Virus record (IMG/VR): IMGVR_UViG_3300020044_003764
Span: 1 to 24,777 of that record
Length of the DNA: 24,777 nucleotides
Direction: 5' to 3' (one strand)
Source of the DNA: a virus
Taxonomy: Duplodnaviria; Caudoviricetes
Within the stretch, counting starts at the first letter, position 1. Each line of letters starts with the position of its first letter. Below, piece by piece: positions 6,817 to 15,557 of this stretch. The notes under the pieces are model-generated. The model worked only from the letters and a program-made list of their open reading frames with translations. It had not been told where the DNA came from and ran no database searches. A program made the translations under genes and the position numbers.

Positions 6817-7233
6817 ATGCTCAATCAAGTGCAAATCATTGGACATCTGGGGCGCGATCCAGAAACACGTTTTTTGCCAAGCGGCGAAGCTGTTGCAAAC
6901 TTTTCAATTGCAACAACTGAAAAATGGAAAGACAAGCAAACTGGAGAACAAAAAGAACATACAGAGTGGCACAACATCAGCACGTTTGGCCGCTTGTCTG
7001 AAATTGTTGGTCAATACTTGCACAAGGGTTCGCTTGTGTATGTGTCTGGCAAATTGAAGACTCGCAAATATCAGAAAGATGGTCAAGACCATTACGCGAC
7101 ATCAATCCAATGTCAAGAACTGAAGATGCTTGGCGGCAAGCCATCAACATCAAACCCAAGCCAGCCACAATCAAATTCAAGTCCTCAGCAGGGTAGTGGA
7201 TTTGAAAATATGGAAGACGATATTCCATTTTGA
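6817..7233 (+). CDS. ssb: Single-stranded DNA-binding protein
   Basis: LNQVQIIGHLGRDPE...TEWH...KGSLVYVSGKLKTRKY; acidic DDIPF tail. Confidence 0.97.
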   Translation: MLNQVQIIGHLGRDPETRFLPSGEAVANFSIATTEKWKDKQTGEQKEHTEWHNISTFGRLSEIVGQYLHKGSLVYVSGKLKTRKYQKDGQDHYATSIQCQELKMLGGKPSTSNPSQPQSNSSPQQGSGFENMEDDIPF

Positions 7234-7239
7234 TTTTCG

Positions 7240-7312
7240 GGCCAAAAGCGGATGCTGCGAAAAGGAAACGAGGCGCTGACCTCTATGTCAGCCGCAGTGC
7301 AGCGAGTAGGCC
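7240..7312 (+). ncRNA. Putative structured intergenic RNA downstream of ssb
   Basis: Nested pairings GGCC 7240/7309, CTGCG 7255/CGCAG 7293 and GCTGAC 7275/GTCAGC 7287; purine-rich internal loops; T-run follows. Confidence 0.45.
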
Positions 7313-7339
7313 ACCCCTTTTTTAACCACAGGAGAAAAC

Positions 7340-7549
7340 ATGTCCCGAATTTACATTGTCAGCTATGGTCGTGAAACACGCCTCATCCGTGCCAACACAC
7401 GCGCACAAGCATTGAACCACGTTGCAACTGGTGTCATCAATGTTGACATCCCAACACAAGACCAATTGGTTGATCTTGTTGCCAAAGGCCAATCGGTTGA
7501 AAGCGCCGCCAAGCAAGAAAACCAAGAACTGCCATTGGAGCAAGCATGA
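7340..7549 (+). CDS. Hypothetical phage protein, 69 aa
   Basis: AGGAG SD; ATGA coupled to the next gene. Confidence 0.8.
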   Translation: MSRIYIVSYGRETRLIRANTRAQALNHVATGVINVDIPTQDQLVDLVAKGQSVESAAKQENQELPLEQA

Positions 7550-7851
7550 GTTACGCAGATGTTGAACTAAAAGTCATCCAATGGGGCGAGGCTCGCCAGA
7601 TTGTGCAAAACAGCACCCCTATGGCTCAAGCAATAAAGACCCATGAAGAAGTTGGCGAGTTGTTTGCGGCAATTGCATCAAATAATCGTGAAGCCATGAT
7701 TGATGCTTACGGCGATATTCTTGTTACCCTTGTCATGGGTTGCGCCACTGCTGATCTTGACCTTGTGACCTGTTTTAAACACGCTTACGGGCAAATAAAA
7801 GATCGAACCGGAACTCTTGGTACGGATGGAATCTTTTACAAGGACAAATGA
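7546..7851 (+). CDS. MazG-like NTP pyrophosphohydrolase
   Basis: QAIKTHEEVGEL...DAYGDILVTL...AYGQIKDRTG (EExxE...D motif). Confidence 0.85.
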   Translation: MSYADVELKVIQWGEARQIVQNSTPMAQAIKTHEEVGELFAAIASNNREAMIDAYGDILVTLVMGCATADLDLVTCFKHAYGQIKDRTGTLGTDGIFYKDK

Positions 7852-8138
7852 TGCTTTGCGAGAATTGCAAAAATCAAACTCATTGCACAAACCTTGGTCG
7901 ATGTCCTATGCGCACCGGGACTTTATCTGCTTTTGATAAGCAGGTATCAGGCAACCACTACAAAGACAAAGGCATCCAGCCTATTGTCTACATCCATGCA
8001 AACGATCTTGGCTTTTGTGAAGGTAACGTAGTGAAATACGTCACCCGCCACAAAGAAAAGAACGGCGCTGCTGACATTCAAAAAGCAATCCACTATCTTG
8101 AATTGCTGCTTGAGTTGGAATACAAGAAATCTATTTAA
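7848..8138 (+). CDS. DUF3310 / T7 gp1.7-like nucleotide kinase domain protein with short N-terminal Cys cluster
   Basis: QVSGNHYK...IQPI...FCEGNVVKYVTR...KNG..DIQKAIHYLE; N-terminal CxxC...C....C. Confidence 0.8.
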   Translation: MMLCENCKNQTHCTNLGRCPMRTGTLSAFDKQVSGNHYKDKGIQPIVYIHANDLGFCEGNVVKYVTRHKEKNGAADIQKAIHYLELLLELEYKKSI

Positions 8139-8571
8139 GGCAAACTTGTGTGACGTAAGACTGAAGCGCTTTTAGCTTCAGTCCGTTTTCATCAGCAGTT
8201 GCTGCCAGCGATTGAGCAGCCTCAGAACACTCTCTGATAATTGTGTCTCTGGAATCTGCATCAACTCTGGGGCAGGTTGCGGAATTTTTGCTTGCTGAAT
8301 AGGAGCGTAGCTGGTCGCGCAACCTGTCAAGCTCATTGCGAGTAGAGCGCACCACAGCATCTGAAGTCTTTTTGCTTTTTGCATACTGTTCCTCTACGGC
8401 TTGTTTTTCAGACAACAGTTCTTGCTGACGAATTTGTTGCTCTTGCTCTGCTTTGCGAATAGCAATTTCAATTTCTTGTTTTGCGTCTTGTTTGCCAGCA
8501 ACATAAGCCTTCCAATGTGTGGCAGTGAAGGCAAGAACAACAATTATTGCGGCGACAGCCCTGAGATACAT
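8131..8571 (-). CDS. Rz-like inner-membrane spanin
   Basis: N-terminal TM helix followed by coiled coil; directly after the endolysin. Confidence 0.85.
   Translation of the reverse strand: MYLRAVAAIIVVLAFTATHWKAYVAGKQDAKQEIEIAIRKAEQEQQIRQQELLSEKQAVEEQYAKSKKTSDAVVRSTRNELDRLRDQLRSYSASKNSATCPRVDADSRDTIIRECSEAAQSLAATADENGLKLKALQSYVTQVCLK
8178..8384 (-). CDS. Rz1-like outer-membrane lipoprotein spanin nested in Rz
   Basis: Signal peptide with lipobox LTGC, Pro-rich mature part, alternate frame inside Rz. Confidence 0.8.
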   Translation of the reverse strand: MQKAKRLQMLWCALLAMSLTGCATSYAPIQQAKIPQPAPELMQIPETQLSESVLRLLNRWQQLLMKTD

Positions 8572-9014
8572 AGATCATGCTCCTTTTGCCGCCTGTTTAC
8601 AAGCCCTTGAACTTTGTTGCGGCCAACATACACCCATCGCAACATTTGGTCACAAGCGGCTTTGTAGTTGGATTCGTTGAGCAGTTTTACGGCGGTTGAT
8701 TTGCAAAATGATGAAGCGCCAATGTTGTAGGTGAATTTCACCCAAGCATCGTATTCAATTTGACTCAAAGGAACTTTGACGCATTTTTTGATTGCGCCTT
8801 CAAATTTGCTTACGTCACGAAAAGCAAGTTTCACAGATGTAACGGGGTCTGTTTTGTCCCCAATTTTCACACCTTCAGTAGTTCCAAATCCATAAGTTGG
8901 AACGTCACCTTTGACCGGGATGATTGCTTTGTCGGTGTAACCCTCAGAAACAAGCAAACTCACAAACGCCGCAGCAGAAATTGCAAGACTGGCAACAGCG
9001 TATCTAGCGTTCAT
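8544..9014 (-). CDS. SAR-type endolysin, GH24 lysozyme (start revised to ATG 9014)
   Basis: Ala-rich N-terminal anchor; EG...D..T.G.G catalytic motif; YNIG; GLVNRR; ATGA overlap with the holin. Confidence 0.92.
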   Translation of the reverse strand: MNARYAVASLAISAAAFVSLLVSEGYTDKAIIPVKGDVPTYGFGTTEGVKIGDKTDPVTSVKLAFRDVSKFEGAIKKCVKVPLSQIEYDAWVKFTYNIGASSFCKSTAVKLLNESNYKAACDQMLRWVYVGRNKVQGLVNRRQKEHDLCISGLSPQ

Positions 9015-9205
9015 TTTTCCGTAACGTCTTTGTAGATTTGCCATGTTTTGTGGCAAATAAGCAACAGTGTATAAATCAAAGTCGCCCACAGAACAAGTTC
9101 GCTAACCTGCACACCCATTAAAGTTGCAAGTGAAATTGTCGCTGGAGGGGCCACTTTTGCCGCCAGTACAGTTGCAGTTTCAGTTGTGTGTTGGGCTGTA
9201 CTCAT
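9011..9205 (-). CDS. Holin (probable)
   Basis: 64 aa, hydrophobic segments, charged C-terminus, directly upstream of the endolysin. Confidence 0.75.
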   Translation of the reverse strand: MSTAQHTTETATVLAAKVAPPATISLATLMGVQVSELVLWATLIYTLLLICHKTWQIYKDVTEK

Positions 9206-10301
9206 GGGTTACTACATGGTCAAAAGTTTTTGGGAATTCGCCTGTTGTCATGTAGTGTAGATTGCGCTCAATGCGGCTGTCTTGCGGGGCTAATTCTAAA
9301 GCCTTTTGGCAAAGTTGGACAGATTCATCCCTTAATCCAAGGTTCCATGCAGCAATGCTGGCGTAGTCGTATGGTTTCTCAGTCCAGACAGACGGGTCCA
9401 TTGTGTACACAGCTTGTTTGTCAGTAATCTGCAAGGCAGACTTGGCGGCTGAGTAACTTTCCGCCCACATACTCAGGCGATAGCACTGTGCCGACAACTC
9501 AACCCAAGGCTCACGGGTTCCGGGTGCTTCAGCAACAGCCAGCCTGAACCACTTCAAAGCGTCTGTGGCGTTGCCTTTTTCGGAATACGCCTTACCCAAT
9601 AGCCTCATGGCGTAAGCCCGTTCATTGGGCCAATTTGCTTCTGGCATCTCAAGGTACTTTTTGAGATACACAATGGCTTCATCCCACCGAGCGTAGAACG
9701 TCAACTCACGGGCATGATAGAAAGCGTTTCTTGGGCATCGTGGGTCTTCTTTGACCGCAAGTTCCAGCAAAGGCATATATTGTCCACGGGACTTTGTGTT
9801 GTCTGGCAAGTGTCTAACCAGCAGCATATCTGTCTGGGCATATACCTCCTGAATTCTTCCATCAGGCCTTGGATATTCATGCACTGCGTGATGGAATCTG
9901 TATCCATGACGAGAAAAAATCTTCTCATAGAAGAAGCTGATGCCCTGTCCCCAATCAAACTTGTATCGCAGACGAGTAGTGTTCTCTGTCCACACCCGTT
10001 CAATTTCTTTACGCCAACCGGGTTCAAGCACTTCGTCCAAGTCAAGACTGATAACAATATCAATGTCTCTTGGAAGCAATGCAATCGCCGCATTACGAGC
10101 AAGATCAAAACGCCAAGGGCTAATGCAAATGTCATGGACTTTTGCGCCGCACTCCAAAGCTATTTTTACAGTGTCATCCGTTGACCCTGTGTCAGCAATG
10201 CAAATCAAGTCTGCATCTTTGGCTGAGTCACAGAACCTTTGGACAAATGCGGCTTCATTTTTTGAGATTGCAGAGACTGCAATTTTTAATTTTCTTGTCA
10301 T
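9180..10301 (-). CDS. GT2-family glycosyltransferase with C-terminal TPR repeats
   Basis: ISKNE...ADTGSTDDT...FDLARN...SLDLDE (DxD)...VHE; helical TPR-like C-terminal half. Confidence 0.9.
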   Translation of the reverse strand: MTRKLKIAVSAISKNEAAFVQRFCDSAKDADLICIADTGSTDDTVKIALECGAKVHDICISPWRFDLARNAAIALLPRDIDIVISLDLDEVLEPGWRKEIERVWTENTTRLRYKFDWGQGISFFYEKIFSRHGYRFHHAVHEYPRPDGRIQEVYAQTDMLLVRHLPDNTKSRGQYMPLLELAVKEDPRCPRNAFYHARELTFYARWDEAIVYLKKYLEMPEANWPNERAYAMRLLGKAYSEKGNATDALKWFRLAVAEAPGTREPWVELSAQCYRLSMWAESYSAAKSALQITDKQAVYTMDPSVWTEKPYDYASIAAWNLGLRDESVQLCQKALELAPQDSRIERNLHYMTTGEFPKTFDHVVTHEYSPTHN

Positions 10302-10780
10302 GTTCTATTCCATTCTTTGAAATAATGTTGCTCGGCATTTTTTCTTGCTAAAACAGCATCTTCAATGCTACCAAATCTGCCAAGTGAAATTGATTTTCCT
10401 TCAACACGAATTGTGGCTTTCCATCTGTTGGTGTATTTTTCAAAAGAAACACCTTTGACGCCAGATGTATTTGCTTTTGACAATCCAAGATTTTTACCAT
10501 TCTGAGAATTTGTAGCCTCTCTTAAATTGGAAATCCTGTTGTCAGTTCTTACGCCATTGATGTGGTCAACTTGGTCTTTAGGCCAATCTCCATGATGCAG
10601 TGCCCAAGCAACTCTATGGGCTTGCCATCGCTTTGGGCCTATTGAGATTCCAAGATAGCCACTATGCAACAACGTGCCAGCGGCTTTCTTTTTTATCTTG
10701 CCCTTACCTTTGGCAATCCAATAGATCAATCCAGTTTCAGGATTGTACCGCAGCAGTGATTTCAAAGCATCTATATTCAT
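10298..10780 (-). CDS. HNH homing endonuclease with AP2-like domain
   Basis: YNPETG...AHRVAW...VDHINGVRTDNRISNLR...NTSGVKGV...LGRF. Confidence 0.92.
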   Translation of the reverse strand: MNIDALKSLLRYNPETGLIYWIAKGKGKIKKKAAGTLLHSGYLGISIGPKRWQAHRVAWALHHGDWPKDQVDHINGVRTDNRISNLREATNSQNGKNLGLSKANTSGVKGVSFEKYTNRWKATIRVEGKSISLGRFGSIEDAVLARKNAEQHYFKEWNRT

Positions 10781-10787
10781 GCCTTGA

Positions 10788-10796
10788 ATTATGCCA
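10788..10796 (-). promoter_or_regulatory. Extended -10 (TGGCATAAT) 7 nt before the HNH ATG; probable leaderless transcript
   Basis: Minus strand reads TGTGGCATAAT-TCAAGGC-ATG. Confidence 0.5.
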
Positions 10797-10798
10797 CA

Positions 10799-11140
10799 TT
10801 ACGGTTGTGTAGGCCAGTCAATTGCCCAAGGGAAGCCTGTCTGAGCAGTTACATCACGCAGTGCTTGGCGATAGGCAGCCCACGCAACTTTATCCGCCGG
10901 GGCATCCGGCAGTTGTGTCCAGTCACTGTCTTTAATCTTTTCAGTACGTTGCTGGCGAACAAAAGTAGCTTGCGCTGCTGTTGCAATTGGGTCCGTCTTC
11001 GGGTCATAGGAAATGAACTGTCCGTTTTCGTAAAGGTCTCCGATATTGGCGGACTCAGCGGCGACCCAGTTATCGGCCAGCGCGACATCTGATGCAGAGA
11101 CGTTGACCACCACACCGTTTTCAATGATTGCAAATTTCAT
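10799..11140 (-). CDS. Tail fibre assembly chaperone-like protein (start revised to ATG 11140)
   Basis: VRQQR...SDWTQLPDAP...WAAYRQALRDV..Q.GFP..IDWPTQP; AAGGA SD. Confidence 0.85.
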   Translation of the reverse strand: MKFAIIENGVVVNVSASDVALADNWVAAESANIGDLYENGQFISYDPKTDPIATAAQATFVRQQRTEKIKDSDWTQLPDAPADKVAWAAYRQALRDVTAQTGFPWAIDWPTQP

Positions 11141-11151
11141 GATGCTGTTCC

Positions 11152-12993
11152 TTACCAAGCAGTGATTCGAGCAAAACCATTACCGCCAGAACCGCCAGCG
11201 CCTGAGTCAGAACCATTTGAAGCAGTTCCTCCACCTCCGCCACCACTGGCTGTAAGACCATTGCTTCCGTTAGTCCCGTTAGTACCTGTGTAATAAAGAG
11301 GAATAAAGGAAAGGCTTGTGTAGGCAAGGTTAGACTTTATTGATGTACTGTTAGACCCAAAGAAAATGTTAGACCCCAACAAAACAGCTTTTGTGGCGTT
11401 CCCAAAGGGTGCGCTTCCTGCAATATCAGTTCCCCAAGTAATTCCGCCATCTGAACTTACGCTCGCATAAAACTGATAGGAAGACCCTCGACTTTTAAGA
11501 AGGAATTGTGAGTTCACATACGATAAAACAGGTTCTTCTCTACTAATACTCTTTACGTTAGTCCATGTTGATCCACTGTCTGTTGATCTAAATACTGCCG
11601 ATGAATTATTGACACACCATGTTGATCCGTTGACAGCTAAAGATGTGACAGACCCCGCAAAAGGAGAAGTCGTTTCAACCCATGTTGCAGCATCAGTAGA
11701 TTTTGCGATGTTTCCGCCAGATGTGACTGAATCAATAACAACATAGTTTGTGTTATCAAATTGAATATCAGACCAGTTATTATTAGTTCCTGTTACAGAA
11801 TAAGTGTTCCAATTAACAAGATCAGTTGTTACACTAATACCTGTCGTACTTACAAAAATATAAGTACCGCTGTTATACAGAGAATTTCGCCATTGAGCAG
11901 TGACAGGCATTGTCACTTGCGACCAAGTAGCCAGATCGGTAGAACGATAAACACCGTTAGAGGATGTAACGTAAAAATACGTACCATCATATGTCAATCG
12001 ACCATAGCAATCTGCTACACCAGCATTAGCGTTTGAGTAAGTCGTTCCATCGGAGGTGTATGTAATTACACCTGATCTGCTCACCCAGTAAACAGTTGAA
12101 GAAATTACAGCAGGGTACGTAGATATTCCGTTTGAAATTACATAAGCTGTTCCACCAATAGCATTTGAACCAAACGCATTAGTGTTGTTTGATCCTGCAA
12201 GAGTTGTCAAAGCGCCAAAATAGGCTTGCCCAGAGCCTCCACCGCCTCCACCATACACAGACATTGCGCCGTAATAATGGAGGAATACCGAGCTATTTAC
12301 ACCGCCACCTGCGCCGCCTCCATAAATAGAAGGCTGCGGATTCCCTGAAGCACTTCCAACACCACCTCCAAAAACATTATATTGATTAGTAATTGTTGTG
12401 GTTGATGGCGATCCGCCTGAGTAAAATGCCCCAGCAGATAAAGAGCCACCTCCACCGCTTCCTTGCACACTGGAATATGAGGCCACACCAGCAAATCCAC
12501 CAGCGCCTCCATAAGCGGCAAGCAGAGAACCAAAGGCAGTGCTACCGCCTGTTGTTCCTGCTAATCCAACAGTGCTGTCGGTTGTAATTGCAGCAGCACC
12601 TGCACCACCTGCGCCAATCGTTACAGAAACAGTTGAACCAAGATCAGAAGCATCAAAAATCTTGTAGTTGTAACCGCCCCCGCCACCACCTGTGCCGCCT
12701 GTCATAGTCCCAGTGGAGGAAACCGCACCACTACCACCACCGCCTCCGGCTCCCCACAACTCAACCAAAACAGCAGATACGCCTGAAGGCTTTGTCCAAG
12801 TAGCTGAAGATGAGAATTCTTGTACATCTGTAGAGCCGCCACCTGTTGCAAGTTCAATAATGGTATTGCTTGCGTCTTTTGAAAATATTTTTTTGTCTGT
12901 TAAGTTAACAGCAAGCTCTCCAACAGCAAGATCACCAGCAACAGGAACTTTGCCAGCAACGCTAGACCGCTTGATTTGAATTTGATTCGCCAT
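11152..12993 (-). CDS. Tail fibre / receptor-binding protein: Mtd_N-like head, Gly-rich domain, inserted BNR-repeat propeller
   Basis: IQIKRS...P...LAVGELAVNLTDKKIF; F.SSATWTKPSG...VELWGAGGGG; repeated S.D..TW motifs; terminal GGNGFARITAW. Confidence 0.8.
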   Translation of the reverse strand: MANQIQIKRSSVAGKVPVAGDLAVGELAVNLTDKKIFSKDASNTIIELATGGGSTDVQEFSSSATWTKPSGVSAVLVELWGAGGGGGSGAVSSTGTMTGGTGGGGGGYNYKIFDASDLGSTVSVTIGAGGAGAAAITTDSTVGLAGTTGGSTAFGSLLAAYGGAGGFAGVASYSSVQGSGGGGSLSAGAFYSGGSPSTTTITNQYNVFGGGVGSASGNPQPSIYGGGAGGGVNSSVFLHYYGAMSVYGGGGGGSGQAYFGALTTLAGSNNTNAFGSNAIGGTAYVISNGISTYPAVISSTVYWVSRSGVITYTSDGTTYSNANAGVADCYGRLTYDGTYFYVTSSNGVYRSTDLATWSQVTMPVTAQWRNSLYNSGTYIFVSTTGISVTTDLVNWNTYSVTGTNNNWSDIQFDNTNYVVIDSVTSGGNIAKSTDAATWVETTSPFAGSVTSLAVNGSTWCVNNSSAVFRSTDSGSTWTNVKSISREEPVLSYVNSQFLLKSRGSSYQFYASVSSDGGITWGTDIAGSAPFGNATKAVLLGSNIFFGSNSTSIKSNLAYTSLSFIPLYYTGTNGTNGSNGLTASGGGGGGTASNGSDSGAGGSGGNGFARITAW

Positions 12994-13025
12994 GAGTATT
13001 TACTCCGTTAAAAAAAGCATTTGCT

Positions 13026-14552
13026 TTAGTAAGTTCCGCCATCAAGATTTGAGTTAACCCAAACCCCAAGAGTTGCGTTGTAATTTAACACTTGTCCTTC
13101 TGTTGGAGAGGTAATCAAAACGTTGTGAAGCTCATTAAGCTCCCACCCGTTGTTGATGTTCAAGAACAACTCGCCACTGGATGCGTTGACTTTGAGAATC
13201 CAGCCCAAGAACACAGTGTGTGCAGGTGCAGCAGGGCGTGTTGCCGTAATTCCACCAGGAGTTTGAGACAGATAAACGTCATCACCAGCGGTAAATGCGC
13301 TTGTATCAAAACCGCGCAAAATACCAAAAGTGGTCACAAAACCTTCAGCTCCGTTTGGAATGTCTTGTGTGGTCATGCCAAGCGTAGATGCGCTCAACGC
13401 TTCAGTATCAGCATCAGCAAGAACAATGCTTGGCCGTTGACCTTGCGCTCCAACAACAGCAACAACTTTCCCTTTAGGAATAGTTGCACCTGATCCGTTG
13501 TAAGACAAGACAACATTTTCTTGCCCAACTTGCAAAGTTACATCGGAATTTAAAATGACATCAAGAGTGCTGTCACCAGAGTTCCAAGACACCGAACCAG
13601 CTTGAGTTGGAGTAACACCGGGAGATGTTTGCAAACTAACAAAAGCAGCATTTTGAAGCTGGCCGTCATCGCCAACAGTAATTAAACTGTTTTGGATTAT
13701 TTTGCCTGTGGTTGAGTCATAACGAGCAATGGCGTTATCTGTACTTGATGCCGGACCAAGAACATCTCCTGTCCCAGTGCCAGATGCGCCTGTAGGACCC
13801 GTGGGTCCAGCAACAGTAGAGGCAGCGCCCGTAGGGCCAGTAGGGCCTATTGAACCTGTTGGCCCAGCCACGGTAGATGCGGCTCCAGTTGCTCCCGTGG
13901 GGCCTGTGGGGCCAATAGATCCAGTTGGACCAGCAACCGTTGATGCTGCGCCAGTTGGGCCTGTAGGCCCTGCTACAGTTGAGTTTGCTCCAGTTGCACC
14001 AGTAGGTCCAGTAGGTCCGGCAACAGTTGAATTAGCACCAGTCGCACCAGTTGGCCCGGTTGGGCCAGCTATCGTAGATGCCGCACCAGTCGATCCAGTT
14101 GGGCCAGTAGGACCAGCCACAGTTGAGTTAGCACCTGTTGGCCCAGTTGGACCAGTTGCGCCAACACTGCCTGTTGGACCAACCACTGTTGATGCTGCTC
14201 CTGTGGGACCTGTCGGCCCCGTGGCTCCTGTTGACCCTGTAGGGCCAGCAACAGTTGAATTGGCTCCAGTGGGGCCTGTCGGTCCAATATTTCCTGTGGC
14301 TCCAACAGCGCCTGTGGGGCCAGTTGGTCCTTGAACTGTTGAATCAGCGCCTGTTGGGCCCGTTGCTCCTGTCGGGCCAGTTGGGCCTTGCACTGTCGAA
14401 TCAGCTCCGGTAGGGCCTGTAGGGCCAGTTGGTCCTGTAGGTCCAGTTACGCCAAACTTGACTGTAGTGCCGTAAAGGCCAGTTGTTTCTGCACCGGGGT
14501 TAGCAGGTACAACTCCGGCTGTACTGGAGCCATAAAGACCGCTTGTTGCCAT
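13026..14552 (-). CDS. Collagen-like virion fibre protein
   Basis: About 225 aa of interrupted G-P-T/G-A-T triplets; C-terminal beta-rich domain, LNELHNVLI motif and terminal LDGGTY. Confidence 0.85.
   Translation of the reverse strand: MATSGLYGSSTAGVVPANPGAETTGLYGTTVKFGVTGPTGPTGPTGPTGADSTVQGPTGPTGATGPTGADSTVQGPTGPTGAVGATGNIGPTGPTGANSTVAGPTGSTGATGPTGPTGAASTVVGPTGSVGATGPTGPTGANSTVAGPTGPTGSTGAASTIAGPTGPTGATGANSTVAGPTGPTGATGANSTVAGPTGPTGAASTVAGPTGSIGPTGPTGATGAASTVAGPTGSIGPTGPTGAASTVAGPTGPTGASGTGTGDVLGPASSTDNAIARYDSTTGKIIQNSLITVGDDGQLQNAAFVSLQTSPGVTPTQAGSVSWNSGDSTLDVILNSDVTLQVGQENVVLSYNGSGATIPKGKVVAVVGAQGQRPSIVLADADTEALSASTLGMTTQDIPNGAEGFVTTFGILRGFDTSAFTAGDDVYLSQTPGGITATRPAAPAHTVFLGWILKVNASSGELFLNINNGWELNELHNVLITSPTEGQVLNYNATLGVWVNSNLDGGTY
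13775..14450 (-). repeat. Collagen (Gly-X-Thr) repeat tract with recurring GA(N/A/D)ST(V/I)(A/Q/V) interruptions
   Basis: Seen in the translation and as 9-nt degenerate DNA repeats; bounds approximate. Confidence 0.9.
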
Positions 14553-14564
14553 TTTGTACCTCGA

Positions 14565-15548
14565 TTACTTAAAGCTATAACGATAATTGCGTGGCTGAAA
14601 TTCAGAGGTCAGATGTTGATCGCCACCTCTCCATTTGCCTTTGTAGTTCTGGTCTTCAATCAAGCCATATGAATCATCAAATCTGCTGATCCATTTTTGA
14701 GCTTCTTCAACGTTTTTGTTCTTGTCGTAGTAAGCCCACAAAGTGCCATACAAATACCCCTCAGGGAATGAAGCAAGAATGCCATTGTTTTGCACAATTG
14801 GATATTCAGCATTCTCTGTCGGGCTAAACAAGAACGGGAAAGTCTTTTGGTAGTACGCCTTGATGATGACGTTTTCACCCGGGTTTGGTGTAAACACATA
14901 GTTAGGACCGACTTCAGAGAAAGAAGCACGGATAACACGAGGTACACCAAAAGGACGGATGTACAACTGATCAATCATTCTGCGGCGGATGATCTCTCGG
15001 TCACCAACCCTGTCATACACAATCCAAGGGCCAAGATTTGTTCCGCCTGGTGGTTGATCAGTAGGTTGGCTTTCTTGGAAGAACAAGATTGGAAAGCACA
15101 TGTCAGCCGGAATAGGGCACATACCTTTGGCATCTGTTACCAGAACCGTAGGCTCCAAATCATCATATGGGTTTGACCGCAAAGCAGGAAGCTCAATGGT
15201 TCGCATCTTCAATTCAGCCATCTGAATGCAAGACTGAATTTCCAAAGATGAAGTAGTTGGCAGCTTCAAGATGACTGTTGGAAGGCTTACGCTTGACCAT
15301 GTGCCATCTGGGTCATCCACGGTAATGGTGGTTGAAGAAACCGCAGTTACAGCCGCAAATGGACCCATGATGTTTGGGCCAATGAAGTCACCAATAAGAA
15401 CCGCAGATGTTGGGTTTGATGAACAGGTGATAACTCCTGTGGTGGAGTTAAATGCTGTTGCGTTGATACTGATGCTGCTTGGAATGGCCCCAACCCACTG
15501 GGCTACACGGCTAACAAGTGCGTTAGCGGATTGAATGAATAGGGCCAT
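14565..15548 (-). CDS. Head-tail adaptor (podovirus tail tubular A-like) with inserted beta domain
   Basis: LVSRVAQW...IQMAELKMR...IPAD...FTPNP...YYQK...NGIL..FPEGYLYGTL; two genes after the capsid gene. Confidence 0.65.
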   Translation of the reverse strand: MALFIQSANALVSRVAQWVGAIPSSISINATAFNSTTGVITCSSNPTSAVLIGDFIGPNIMGPFAAVTAVSSTTITVDDPDGTWSSVSLPTVILKLPTTSSLEIQSCIQMAELKMRTIELPALRSNPYDDLEPTVLVTDAKGMCPIPADMCFPILFFQESQPTDQPPGGTNLGPWIVYDRVGDREIIRRRMIDQLYIRPFGVPRVIRASFSEVGPNYVFTPNPGENVIIKAYYQKTFPFLFSPTENAEYPIVQNNGILASFPEGYLYGTLWAYYDKNKNVEEAQKWISRFDDSYGLIEDQNYKGKWRGGDQHLTSEFQPRNYRYSFK

Positions 15549-15557
15549 GTCGCATCC

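Noticed and set aside
11152-12993. Diversity-generating retroelement suggested by the Mtd_N-like domain
   Set aside because: No reverse transcriptase, no TR/VR pair differing at adenines and no C-type lectin-like C-terminus seen in the window.
13729-14334. 201-aa PVGPV-repeat plus-strand ORF, and a possible CRISPR-like or tandem array
   Set aside because: Mirror of the collagen codons. The repeats are degenerate 9-mers without unique spacers, and no cas genes are present.
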